Part shown: one piece after another, positions 1-13,311 of the stretch
Layout: the number at the start of each line of letters is the position of its first letter
Position numbering within the stretch: position 1 is the stretch's first letter
From: Ptychomitrium polyphyllum
Lineage: Eukaryota
Length of the DNA: 64,000 nucleotides
Assembly (NCBI GenBank): GCA_973851085.1
Contig: OZ316775.1
Coordinates: 9,548,001-9,612,000 of the forward strand
Reading direction: 5' to 3'
Notes under the pieces: generated by a model
What the model was told of the DNA's origin: nothing
Seen by the model: only the letters and a program-made list of their open reading frames with translations
Databases searched by the model: none
Program-made: the position numbers and the translations under genes

Positions 1-293
1 CTAAAGAAAAGATTGTTTTTTTAGAAACAATAAGTTTTTTTAATCAATACAAGGTAGTGGTGATTCTATTTCTTTGAGATAACTAGCTATGTTAGGGCAC
101 TTGAGTGTATGTTTAGGTATTGATTTTATTCATACATAATTCCTTGGAGTCCAGTGTGAGCTGGATGCCAAAGCACAAGGTATGTCGAGTTTCTTGCATG
201 ATGCTTTTGGCCTGTAAACCATGACTTATATACAAAGTTGTCTGTTCCAAGGCCGTTCGAAATCAAGTTTCAGAAGTTTCTATTGTGGTTCAG

Positions 294-2327
294 AATCGTC
301 TCTCAAGATGGTCACTCTTTTTTTATGAAAGACTTTGTTTCGAGGATCCGGAACGATGGAGTGCAGGCGGGCTTCAGAGGGGAGAACTTCACAGTATATT
401 AGATGAGAGTCTGGGGGAGGAAGCAAAAGGTACAATCCTTTGCAAGGGATGGAATGGATGTCAAACTCAGCCATGTCAGGTGTGTGACAAGTCGACAGGT
501 GTTCTGCACCAATCACGGCAGCAGGACATCATTGACGTATAATTATACTTCTCTGTAATGGCTCTCATTTTTTTTGTATCGCAGAAAGGACTTCAATATT
601 TGATGTGCCATGCAGCAAGGCTCACATTATGTGCTTAACATGATCCAAAAGCATCGTAGGAAGCTCGGCACATGTAGAGAAGAACGCCCAAACACACTAT
701 ACAGAACTGTCCATGCTTTGGTAGTATGTTTGGGTTAATGAGATGTTTTGTTTTTGTTTTTTGAAACAAATGAAATACTTTACTTGTTGATGAGATGTTT
801 ACTACCCGTACACTACTAGTTAGAGTTGCGATTGAGTGTAGCCCGTCATCGGAAAACGTAAAGAAGCTTACACATCGTAGAAGGATGTGAGATGTGGTTG
901 GTTTGATCAGTGTGGCTATCAGCGAGAATCTGCTGTTGACGAGAGGGTGTTCAGGAGTTGCCCCTGAAGATTTGATGGACTGAAAGCATACCTTTCTCGG
1001 CCTTTGTGAGATCATGTCTAGTATCTGTCCCTCATGATATTAATCTGATTTTTTCTAGGCGCGGGTCCATTAGCTTGCTGCCTGGTAATTAGCTCTGCCC
1101 TCCTCTATCTTCAGAGGAACTCAATTTAAATCTCAAACCCGAATTTTGCTTTTTGAATATCCGAACACATGGTGTGAACTCCTAAAAATTCCTTACGGTA
1201 TTTGCAATAGCTATGGGTTGGTGACAGAAGACATTTAAAACTTATTCTTACAGATGTTAAATGCTGGTGTTGTAACTCTCTTCTTGAGTTACTAGCATGC
1301 CCTGCGAAGAACTCTCCGACGGTGGCATCAGAGGGGTTGATTCAGTGCATCTGTTGTGTGGATTGTGATCTGTTTATCATGGATCACATTGTACTGGTTG
1401 AAGCTCTACACTTTTCTTTGTATCAGGTGCGGGCTTTGATGAGGATGGGTTACACACAAGTTATACATGTGCAGACCCAAATACATGAAATTTCCAAGTT
1501 ACAGAATGAATCGTAATGTTACACAGCAGTACAAATTGCTCAATGTGTTCAAAGGATACCTTATTCATTGTTTGGGAAGATCATTCAGCTTCGTCACACG
1601 AATATCCTTCCAACATATTTGGGTGCAGTTCGCACATTATCATATTAGAATTGCTTGTAACTGAATGTTTTTCGTCGTCACAAACCCCAACTCTCACTGT
1701 CAGGTAGAAAAGTCGGAGTGCATCATAAGACATAGGCAAGCAGGGCCACTCATGAATTCTCCAGCTAAACATAGCAAGAAAATTTCTAGGGTTTTGTGCG
1801 ATATGGTGCCAATTGATCTTTCGGTGGTCGTATCCGGAGTTCGATCTTTCGTTGTTCACAACTTCCAGACGGGTTCCGGACTTTCTGTAAATACAGATCG
1901 TGGTCGAATGCATCCGCTGCTCATGTGTTTGATTAATATGCGTGTGCACAACAAATTCACCGAGGATAACTGAACCGAAGGTCAATCTAAGGTTTGGATT
2001 TTTCTGATTAGCTATCGAGTTCAATTCAGGCCCTAAAGTGAGCCACAACTTTTGAATCAATCCTTAGACACACACAAATTCGTACGAATTGTGCTTAGAA
2101 TCACCTTTCTAGGACTGCTCCTGAATTTGTTGCCCAATTTTAGGTCTTCAGATATCCATGATTTAGCAAACGTCACCCCACGAGCATGTAGGGTGGAACA
2201 AAATTGCCAAATGATTTCAGAGTTTCGGGAAAGGTTAGAGAAAGTTGCATACTATCATCCCTACCTTCCGCTCAAAAGCTTGTCTGGTCAGCAATTCTTT
2301 ACAACTGTGAATGCTGATGCCCCATAG
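294..2327 (+). other. Possible 3' exons of an unidentified multi-exon gene
   Basis: Short open stretches bounded by AG/GT: ~294-536 (NRLSRWSLFFYERLCFEDPERW...IID|gt), ~615-720 (QGSHYVLNMIQKHRRKL...HAL|gt) and ~1704-1806 (VEKSECIIRHRQAGP...). No domain recognised and no full model could be built. Confidence 0.2.
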
Positions 2328-5300
2328 TAGCCCCAAGCACTTGAATGATGACGAGCACTGGCACTTCAAGTACTCTTTATATCTAAGTGCTAAGTCGAAG
2401 CGAAAGAGACGGATGTTGTAAAGATTGAGTACTCGCTGCACTAATTGACGATGCCTAGAGAGAGATAGAGTGAGTGAGCGAGAGGGAACGCAATAAGGTT
2501 GTATGCATTATTCCCGTTTGGTTGCAATGCGTTTTGATCATATCCATCTAATGAGAAGCTCTGACACGGCTGTCAAGAGCAAGCCAACACCTTATCTGAT
2601 GATCATCAACACGAGATTTTAGTGGCAACTTACTTTAATCTGCTGCAATTCGGGGCGCACTCTGTCCAGTCGTTAGAATCGAAAACCGAAACATGTCTGA
2701 ACAAGAGTGCACCGAACACTCCGTCAAGGATACTTGTGGTTGTACTTCAGGGTGACACCGCGACTACCATTATTCCTCTCCGCTTGTGGTTAAGAGACAT
2801 CGGCCAATTGAGCATGATGAGCGTGGGTCCACCGAGAAAGAGCGTCAGAGAGCACAAAGTGCACGAGAGCTGCAAGCTTGACAGGCTTTCTGCTCTGGCG
2901 CCATGAGTGTGCACATGGCTTTTGTGTCTGGTGCACTTGGATCGACCCCAGCCGCACAATGTACAGAAAACTAAGTTCCACTGTAACATCATATTAACAT
3001 AATTTAGCGTTAGAGAACAGCACCCAGAAAAATTAGAGATTAGTGTTATCATGCTGTTGTGGGGCTGAGACGGAGGAAGAGCTCGCACTGATTACCTTTT
3101 GATGATGAGGTGAAGTAATTGGTGGCCATGTTAATCTAGATCTGAAGAACGGCGACTAAATTCTGCTTTCCTATCAAATATTGTAAGAGTTTCAAGGGAA
3201 ATCGCAACTCAGTGCTTAACGGAGATTCGAGAGCAAGAACAATTGGAGTCGGTACAAAACCCAACTTCGACTTATTAGTTGCAGGATCCATTCACGATCG
3301 GCACCAATTGAAAAATTATTCTTCCAATCGCAAGTCCAATCAAGCGGCCTACAACATGCGATGATCAAATGCTTGAGGGCAAGTACGTCCACCCAAATCA
3401 TGAACACATTGTGTGATGCCGAGGCAAGCAAGGTCCAACAGCCGGTCGCTCCTCCAGATCATCTACGTACATAGACAAGCTCCAAAACCGTCATCATCAC
3501 AAGCGCAGTGCATGATGGAGTGCGCTGGGACCCAGTATGTCGACCGAACCACTGGCAATGCTGGACTCATATTCTGACATCAAACCCTGACAAACTGACA
3601 AGGTCTAGGCAGCAGGAACGTGCAAGCGAAGAACTAGCAACAAACATACTCTGCCGATTGCACGAGGACAATCGATCATCAACTTAACACTGTGGCCGCC
3701 CTTGAAACATCAACTCATTACGAAAACGATTGGATCTTCAATCGGCGGAGTTTTCCTCCTGTAGGAGCATGCCACAACCCTGGTGATGGGACCCGAAGGT
3801 GTTGATTCAGTTATTAGATGATATTGCAAATTGTGACTGAGGCTGCAACTGTGGAATTGGCAGCTAGCGTGACGAAGATCGTCAGCTAGCGCATCAGAAT
3901 CATATTAAGCCGCACTTTGTCAGCTAATTAGCAGGCGATGAATTCGGAATGCATTCCTTCACAGCTTCGGCAAACTTTGATATTCATTTCAAAGCCACAG
4001 CGGGTAGAATTTAGTACTGTATAGAATCATTAATAAACTCTGTATTGGATGAAGGTTAATGCAAATAAATCAACAACAACAAACATTACTGTAGTGACTG
4101 TACAGAAGCAGGAGGGGTGGACTCCGAGGAGTTTCCAAACTGGGAAGAGAATGGGCTTGCTATAACAAGAGGATCTCTTGGTCAGGACGCAGCTTGGGTT
4201 TCGCCGGTACGACCTCTTTACGGCAGTTGTCAGGTGTATGTCCTGCAGGGCCCAGCCTGCGGTTCTATACTGTAGTGCCACTGATCGTTTCTTGACCCGG
4301 ATACATTGGCCCAGTTGACTATGGCCGTTGCCAAACTATCCAGGTAGTAGGTTGGAATCCCACACCCATTGCAAGAGTAATTTATTCTTGGCTTGCTTCC
4401 CGAACAGAGTAATTGAATGGTGCCTCTGCGTGTGTACTAAGTCTACTGAGTTCTTTTGAAATGGAAATTAGAAAGAGCATGAAGAAATAAATTTGTCTTA
4501 GTGAATTTGGCTGTGGTAATTTTCTGTTATCACAAGCAGATTGATACGGATATTCAAATTATGCGTCAAGTATCATTAGCACTACTCAGCAGGCGTAATT
4601 AATCGTGGAACATGGAAGATTCAAAGCATTGAACACCTACCGTGGATATCATTCAACAAACGGATACAAGAGCTAAGTTGATATGTCACGGGCAGCTCCT
4701 TGATTACTACCATACATTCAACCATACAATGTTTAATGCTTGAGATATAAATGCTGGCACTTCGTGTGTACTCTTGAACAGTAAATGTGAAAAAGCTACG
4801 CTGAATTAACGGCCACCGGCCGCGAAATTCTCCTTTCTACTAGAACTTGTTCTCATCTTGCATCTCACGAGCTCTGCAGTGCAAGTGCGTCAATCCGATT
4901 ACCAAATTCTTGCCAAAGCGATTCGATGTTTGAAGATTATTGATTGACAACGACTTATAAAAAGAAAAAATGTCTTTGCTTACCCCATGGAATTACATCT
5001 TTTCGGGACCATGCTGAAGCAGAGGAAATATCACCTCCCGAATGCAAACGCGCCGATCCGTGCAGAGTGATTTGTTTAGTATATCAAGCAAAAGGCAGGA
5101 TAAATCACAACAGCATTAGGTTGTACCTATCTCTTATTATTGTGTGACGATGAGAACTCAAACTTAAAAAACTCACCTCAAGACACTCTCACGCAGTATG
5201 TGCACTAGTACTGAGTGACATGCTTAAGTTGCATACAACATTTTGTTATATCCTCTTATTCATATGGCCAGGTTGTGTGACATTACAACAAGTACTAATG

Positions 5301-5735
5301 AAATCGTCGTCTAAATCCAAAAAAATAACTAAGAAAATGGCATTGAGCATTTTTTAAAGCTGAATTATCCACGTAGAAATCAAGTGGAGGTGCTGGTAAG
5401 TTGTTGCTGTGAATTTTCCCGATACCAAGATAGACTAGTAAGAAACGAACTAGAAATCCACGGCGAGAATGAAGGAGGCAACTACTGACAACCGTTTGAT
5501 TCCTTGATGGTCCTTGAGAATTGCAGACGAAATAGTGGGTAAGTTCCTTTTAGTGCCGTAGTCAGCTCTGCCTTCGGAGATGATGAGCCTCATTGATTAT
5601 ATATACGCCACTCTGCCATCACAATCTCCATCAGTCTCTCTGATCCCGCCTGGAGTTGTAGTAGTACTACCACGTCTGACGGCCTGTGCAGTAAGGGACA
5701 TCGTCCAGCTTTACACTGCAGCTCCGACGACGAAG

Positions 5736-7076
5736 ATGGCGATGGCGAGAATGGCAGCTCTGACGCTTAAGGCAGCAGCTTTGGCCCTGCTCGCCTTGGC
5801 GCTGCCAGCGCAGGGTGGCTCTTACCTCGGTACTGATTGGATAGGGGGAATGGCACATGCGACGTACTATGGTGGAGTGGATGCCTCTGGTACTCAAGGT
5901 GAGGGAATGCTGTGGTTTCGAACTGTTTGTGCACTGGGTTGTAGAAATTGTACCACACCGGAAATCCGACACATGATCAATCTGGAACCTAAATCATGTC
6001 ATAGTTCGTCAGGCTTGATTGTGAGAGAACTTGATTAACTGAACTGCACAAAAACACTAGCTCATTAGCTTACTGCTTAACTGGAACTTTTCTGTGATGC
6101 TTCTCTCTTGAGTCTGGATTCAATTGCAAATTCCTCGAAGTTTCAGCGGTTGCAATGGAAGAGCATAACGATTAGATTTCTGGCAATAAATGAAGTTGTG
6201 CAAACACCTTTGTGAAACTATTGCAGTGATTCTGTAGTGTGACCTTTCACGATCCCTGCTCTACCATGCGTTTTATCATTGTGCAATTGGAGGTGTGAGT
6301 TTTGATTCTAGCATTTTTTTCGTTTGGATATTGCAGGTGGTGCGTGTGGATATGGAAATCTCTACTTTACTGGCTATGGAACCAGCACGGCGGCACTCAG
6401 TTCGGCGCTATTCAACAGTGGGCTCACGTGCGGCGCATGCTACGAACTGCAATGTGACACCACTGGCTCCAAGTACTGCCTTCCGGGGAACCCTTCTATT
6501 ACAATTACTGCGACTAACTACTGCCCTCAAAACTCCCTTGGTGGGTGGTGCAACGCGCCAAAGCAGCACTTCGACCTTGCGCACCCCATGTTCGTCTCTC
6601 TCGCCCACGAGGGCGGCGGTGTCATCCCCGTCAACTACAGAAGGTAGGTTTCGACAACTTGTACCCTTTTAACCTCGTAGTCTAGACTCCAAACCAGTTT
6701 CATTCCAAAATTTTCTCTTACAAAATTTGAGGTTATCTGACAAATTTTTGTTGTTGACTTTATTAGAGTGTCTTGCTCGAAGCAAGGAGGAGTGAGGTTC
6801 CAAATCCTCGGCAACCCATGGTTCCTGCTCGTGCTCGTCACCAACGTCGGTGGCGCAGGCGATGTGCAGCAGCTGTACATCAAGGGCGACAACACGGACT
6901 GGTACGCCATGAAGCGCAACTGGGGCCAGATGTGGCAGTTAACCGGCAACAGCAACATGCCTGGCCAAGCTCTCTCCTTCCGGACCATTCTCAGCGATGG
7001 CACCACTGTTGAGTCCTTGGATGCTGCTCCCGCCAACTGGAAATTCCAACAACTCTTCGAAGGCAGCCAGGCCTAA
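5736..7076 (+). CDS. EXPA: Alpha-expansin (3 exons: 5736-5898, 6337-6643, 6767-7076)
   Basis: Signal peptide [27 protein letters not shown]; motifs [72 protein letters not shown] introns keep the frame. Confidence 0.97.
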
Positions 7077-8440
7077 TAAAAGTTACACTGTAATATTTAT
7101 CATCTTCAGATCATCACTAGGAATTCTGGAAATGTATTTCGTGTATGGCTGTGTATGACTTAGCTGCAGAGGCGTTTGTAGACACTCGCCCGCTCCTAGA
7201 ATATATAACAATCATCTGGTTTGCTCTTCGTGGGGAATCCCAAGCGAACCGTAAATAGCTTACTAGAAATGAGCGTCTTTAGTACGAAGGTGATCGAAGA
7301 TAGGGTTGCTGAGGTGGGTTCGATTGATTCACATTACTCGTGATGAATTGCACCACCCGCTCCTTGCATGTAATATTAGTTAACGACCCTGAAGATTAGA
7401 AAGCTAACAGTGGCTGGCCAGCTCAGAAGATTGTGATTCAAGAGCCGCAGAGATGTAACTGTGGCCTAAAGATCTGTGTTGGAGTGAAGTGTGCCGAGGT
7501 GATACATACGATAAATGAAGTTCCTCCGCCTGTATGACTTAATATGTTCGAGTATCTTCAGATCGTGTAATAAAACCGGACAGCGTACAAGCGCAGTGAA
7601 TCGATTACACGTTTTCAATAATCTTCAAGCAGCCAAGTAACTGCCATCGTTGTCTCCATCATTGCTTGCACTTTTTTGGTCTAGAAATGGTCTAAAATCT
7701 GTCCTCTCCAGCACATTCTTTTGAATTGTGAATTACAGACAATTTTAGTTACAATAGCTCGTTAAATTACTGCGTTTCCGAAATTTGGTACTGTGATTCC
7801 GTGAGTCACTTTGATTGTTTGTGGTCACTGCATTTTGAAATCCGGGGTGAAGTCAATTTCTACACAGGATCATAAACAGGGCGACTGGAGTATCTGAGAG
7901 TCGAATGTTTGGTGCTAAAATACATGGATGCTCCTATTTGTTATATTGGGAAAAAATGTGTATTTTGAAACTATCATCCTTGAGAGTTTAAAATGTCATA
8001 AATTGTAGCTCTAGAATGTCCTAGTTTAATGAATATGGTGTTATAAAGTCATCTAACTAAGGGCCACCTTGTAGCTTCTCTTGTCTTTCACAAGGAAGAG
8101 ATTTCTACCTTACATAGAGAATTTCAACAATACTATTGGTCATAATTATCAAGTTTTCTTGTGAGGTTTTATATCTTGTTTTATAGTCCACATGGGAAGC
8201 AATTTGAAGATGGATGAGAAAATGAATTGGTTTGTTTATATGGCAACAACTATTGCAAGGAAGTCTTCTTCCATTAACCATTCTTGGAAGTGCTTCTAGG
8301 ATGGCAACTCAAGAAATGATTTGCCAAAGAAGATCTTTTTTATTGTTATTATTACAATATTTTCCCATTTTTTCAATGAGCCATCCTATCTCTAAAATAT
8401 CTATAATATAGAATGAGTTTTTTACTTCTCCCATCACCTA

Positions 8441-8661
8441 TGTGACAAGGTGAAAGGAAATTCTAAAATATGCCTCCAAAATCAAAGTGGATGTGCTATT
8501 TAATTGAATAAGGGCTAAGCACACTATATGCCTGATTACAAAACGTGAAGCCTCGACATACTCTGAAGGAAGAGAGTTGGCTTTCCATGCTCAGAGGACC
8601 CGTGTGACAAGGTGTAAGGCAATTCTAAAATATGCCTCCAAAACCAACGTGGATGTGCTAT
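8441..8661. repeat. ~59-bp direct repeat, 2 copies (8441-8499 and 8603-8661)
   Basis: tgtgacaaggtg(a/t)aagg(a/c)aattctaaaatatgcctccaaaa(t/c)caa(a/c)gtggatgtgctat occurs twice with 4 differences. Confidence 0.85.
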
Positions 8662-9402
8662 GTAATTCTGTAGCCCACCAGCAAAGTTCTTAGTGCAAAA
8701 ATATAAGTACCTATATCTTGAAAGCAATCATACATATCCTCTCTTAATAGATTTGATTCCAGAACCGGTTCTGTAAAAGATTATGTTGAGTTACACTTCC
8801 CACGAGAATGAAGCACGTTCAAAACATTACTGGAAAGTTTTATATATATACACAGACACACATGTCAAACTGGAGACAAGTCCATCTAGTGCTTGCTTGG
8901 ACCGTCTCAAATATGGGACATCCAAACTAATGAATCCAAATCTGCCAAACTTTTGCAACGGGCAGCTTTTGCAACAGAATCATGCTAAGATGGACGTAAA
9001 CAAACATCCTCTACATATGCAGTTTATTCTAAACCTTCCTCGAACGAATATGATCAATCGTTCTACCGGCCCAGTATGTACAGTGCGACCTTGGAACCAA
9101 TCCTACTCATTTCTGTTTCCTACCATGGGTCTCCTAATTTATTTGTACTCATTAATGCAGCAGCTCTGATGTATTATCCTTTGACGTGGAAATCAGAATG
9201 GTGATATCTCAGCTCATGCATCAAAATAATGGAACTTCAGCAATGAAATCTTCCTTGATTCAGTGAACTGAATTGATCTGTTTGAACAGTTTTTGGTTTC
9301 TCCTTAATGCTTTTTGTGCAGCACCAATGTTAGCTTCTGATTAAATGTTTTCATGTCAAATTTGACCGCACATGGTTTGGAACTTTGGTGCAGGGTTCAG
9401 GG

Positions 9403-11170
9403 TCACAGACTGTGGTTGGGATCTAATCCCTCTGCCTTGGCAGTCTGACCAGCATCGAAGAACTTGGTCACGGCGCTTACGCAATACTGCGCAGCGTCCT
9501 CAACCGTGGAGCACTTGGGTACCTGCTCACCATTAATCGAACATGACAACCACACCAACTCTTCCTGAAATTCGGACAGTTCGCTTACATTGTCATTGTT
9601 CTGCACAGAGAGCTTCCTTGTCCGCAATGTTGATGGAGGGGTTGGAAGTTTTTCTGAATTACCTCGCAATCATGTTAAAAGCTTCACAATAAGAATTAAG
9701 AGATTATAACAATGATTAGGGATCTCCACACAAAAATCTTTTACAAAACCTGTGATTGGTATGCGTCGAATCACGTACCTGGGCAATCTGTTCGGGGTGT
9801 CTTCCGCGTGAGGATCGTCTCAAACGTGCCTGCCCATTCATCCCTCTTCGTCAGAAAAGCTCCGGGCAAGCTGAACAGCTTCTTTACTGTGGCAGGTATC
9901 GACGAATGCTCGAACTCGGAGGTTGATGTTGGTCCCTTCGGCTTGTGCAACACTACAACAGATAGCATACATACTCAAGATCGATTGACATCATCATCGA
10001 ACTACATTGGAATCATCTCCCTTTCCGCACTAACCACACGACAAGAACAAGACATCAAAAAGTGCAAGCACTCCAAAAGATTGAGGAATAGACGTTAATA
10101 CCAGTGCCAGGTTCAATGTAGGGCGAAACCAAGAGCGTCGGCACCCTAACGCCAAGCCTTGTAAAGTCGAACGAATACGGATCCGCCGAACCTACAATTC
10201 CATCTGGGCTTGGGACGCCGATGGGAGTAGGGACATGGTCATAGAATCCGCCATGCTCATCATAAGTAATCAACAGAAGAGTCTCGTTCCACTGAGGACT
10301 TGCTCGCAATGCTTCGTACACCTCCTTGATGAGGCTCTGCCCTTGCGCTACGTCGTGAACAGGATGGTCATCGTTGGCGGCAAAGCCAAGCAAGTCGAAG
10401 TATCGGGGCTCAATCACGGTGTAGTTCGGAAGCGTGCCCTTCTTGGCGTGGTCCTTGAATGTTAGGTCGTAGGGGCGGAAATTGTCGATGTACTTAAGCT
10501 TGCGGAGATTTCGGTAGAAGAGAGTGTTGGGCACTTGTTGGTAGTAAATCCCGAACGAGAGCCCGGCTTCTTCCACAGCTTCGAAGATGGTTCGCTGAGG
10601 CAACCCCGCCGTCAGCAGCTCCTGGTTGTTGCTCATCAGCCCGTGCGAAGTTGCGGAGTGGAGGTATTGCCGGTTGGGTTGCGTGCTGGATGGCACCGAC
10701 GCGAACCACCGATCCACCACGGCGAATTCTTCGACTAGAGTTTTGTGGATGGGGACGTGCTCCGGTGCGAATGCGCTCATGATTGTCTTCGATAGCCCTG
10801 CTTGCTCCGTCTCCGCTTGTGCTGCGAACCCGCTCATAGGGGGAGGATTCGCGGTTGTGTCGGTTTGTGATCCGAAGATTTGGAGCGCGATGGCTTGGAA
10901 GGAGTGGCCGGGGTCAGCAGGATCGATGTAAGGCGCTTGGTCCGAGACAGTGACGATGCCAGGGTTGGGATCTGTGAGGGATAACGGATTGGATTCGGTG
11001 CCAGTAAGGCCATCGATCTCGGGGTTGATCCGTTTCATGAACCCCAGCATGTGATCGAATGACCTGTTTTCCATGCACAACACAACCACCGTCTTGATAG
11101 GAGTGGCAAACACTGGACCAGATTTTGGAGTTTTCTTAGTTCCCCAACATCCGCACTTTGTTTTCGCCAT
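9403..11170 (-). CDS. NPC: Non-specific phospholipase C, phosphoesterase family (exons 11170-10102, 9952-9779, 9653-9403)
   Basis: Motifs [98 protein letters not shown]. Splice phases are consistent. Confidence 0.97.
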
Positions 11171-12615
11171 GATTGATCCTTGGCCTTCGGAAGAAGGATT
11201 ATTTAAAAGAGGAATTTTGTCCTAGAGGAACAGATTGGTGGTGATGAACTTGCTGTACTCGATATACTGTTCCCTGTGTATTTACCTCCTACAATCAAAT
11301 CATAGACTCACAGGAACATAAATATATCAACATGGTGATTTATCATTTGCTTCGGTCCTCGTAAATCCTAATCTGAAAACAAAAATATGAATTTATAGAA
11401 GCCATGTGACGTTATTTCAACTAGCGCTGTAACTGGAGTAACAGATTCATTCTCAGACAGACAATCCAAAATGATATCCAATATGTTGAAATCATGAAGG
11501 TGCCCATTGAAACACAGTACCAACGTTGTAAAATGAAACCTAGAGGGTCTTACCTCCGAACTGGAGCTGCGAGAAGTGCCTAGAAACTCAAAAAATATCA
11601 GAATCACACAGTTGAACTGCGCAGCACAACACGAACATCGAGGAAGGCAACTACAGTTTGTGATTTTGTATGAACCGGTGACGTATTAAACACACAATGA
11701 CTCTTTAACACGATGAAGTCACGTAAGAAAAGAAGCCGTAAGGAGTAACCACCATGGAACACACATGCCAAGGACTGACGTCTACATATTCCAGCTCATT
11801 TGCCAGCCACACTGCCTTCACAAACAATCCATGAGCACCCGAGACCATTTGAGAACTGGAAATTGAGCAATCGAAAGTGACGCACCAGGTAGAAAGCGTT
11901 AAGTGGAACCAGCAGCAAAGAGACCAAGAAAGAACTAGGTGGAACTACTGTAGACAAAGGTAACGTACGCTGGTGAGGATCCGGACTTGGAAAGAGAGTA
12001 GGTAGCAAAGAATCTGGACTATGCCCCAAGGCATCAGAAGACAGATTATACGCAAAGAGCACAAACTTCGATTCATTCACTGACTGTCCCGGTTACTTAG
12101 CAATTGGCGCAGTTACGTCATCCACAACAATTCAGTATCCGAGTCATCCACATAGCATATGCTACTGTACTAGCAACACTGTCAGGAGTAGAAAAGTGTT
12201 CAGTCTACAATGATGAAAAGTGAGTAAGCACGCTACATCTTTTCACCATCTCCAGCTCAGAGGAGAATGGACGAGAAAATAAGATTTACATATAGGCAAA
12301 GACATTCTCCAAAGAAGAACCATCAAGAGATATCAAGACGTCTGAAGACCGAGCACAGGAAACAGTTTAACCAGGTCTTCACCAATAGAAATAAATTTAT
12401 TCTGCGTCGTCGTCTAAATCCTCACCATGTGATCAACAACCAACCATGTTAATGATTTTCTTTTGCACTACCAATTACATAAAAGAATCGGCCTAAATGA
12501 ATGTCTCTACAAATCAGTACTGCAACGAACCAAACCTAAATCCCTCATAATTCCCTGTCATGATAATGGTCCTGTGTATTGAATCCAGCTTCCTGTATTT
12601 TGACGGTTCGCTCCC

Positions 12616-13311
12616 CTAAAAGAAGAATGCAGCAGCGCCCAACAAGGCGAAAGCGACATTCGGAACAATGGTGCTAGCGCTTGAGGCGGGAGCGGGCATA
12701 GGTCCTGGTCCCATTGCGACTGGAGTAGGTGTTGGCACTGGTGTCCCAGATGGAGTAGGTACTGTAAAGAACAGACCGCAGCATAATACAAACATGTCAG
12801 AAACTTGATCAACATTGCAGATGTACAACAACGACAGAGAGAGCCGTCAATGCAGCTCACCACAAGACAAGCTACTTCATTGCACTCAGTTACTAATCAA
12901 GCTAATCAAAAGAGAAACAAACTAAGAAGCTAATCCTAGCACAATACAAGGAAGTCGAGACCGAATCATCTCCAATACACTCATTTTCACGAGCCTTTCC
13001 TCTCCATCCAAATTCACACCATGAATGGGGACGACGAAGAATGCAGCTAATGTGACATAAGCAGCATTATCTGCTCGTCCATTACGATCGAAGTATGCAC
13101 CTGGTGACATTTGAGGGGCCATCGTTGGTGTATTCATCGGGGGCGAAGCCACCATGGGAGGCGGCGTCATTGGCGAGCCAACTGGTGGCATTGTTGGAGC
13201 ACCCTCTGGTGCCATCATGGGGGTGTAGGATGGAGACAGAGCCTCAACATGGACGCACACGATAGCCAAGAAGCAGATAGCAGCAACAATGGAAATGCTT
13301 TGACGAGCCAT
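12616..13311 (-). CDS. Classical arabinogalactan protein (AGP), predicted GPI-anchored (exons 13311-13101, 12761-12616)
   Basis: Signal peptide MARQSISIVAAICFLAIVCVHVEA; Pro/Ala/Ser/Thr-rich core with AP/SP/TP dipeptides; hydrophobic GPI-type tail ...PASSASTIVPNVAFALLGAAAFFF*. A phase-1 GT-AG intron joins the two ORFs. Confidence 0.9.

Noticed and set aside
4182..4246. Possible hairpin (caggac...gtcctg)
   Set aside because: Too many mismatches and bulges, and no second copy to show covariation.
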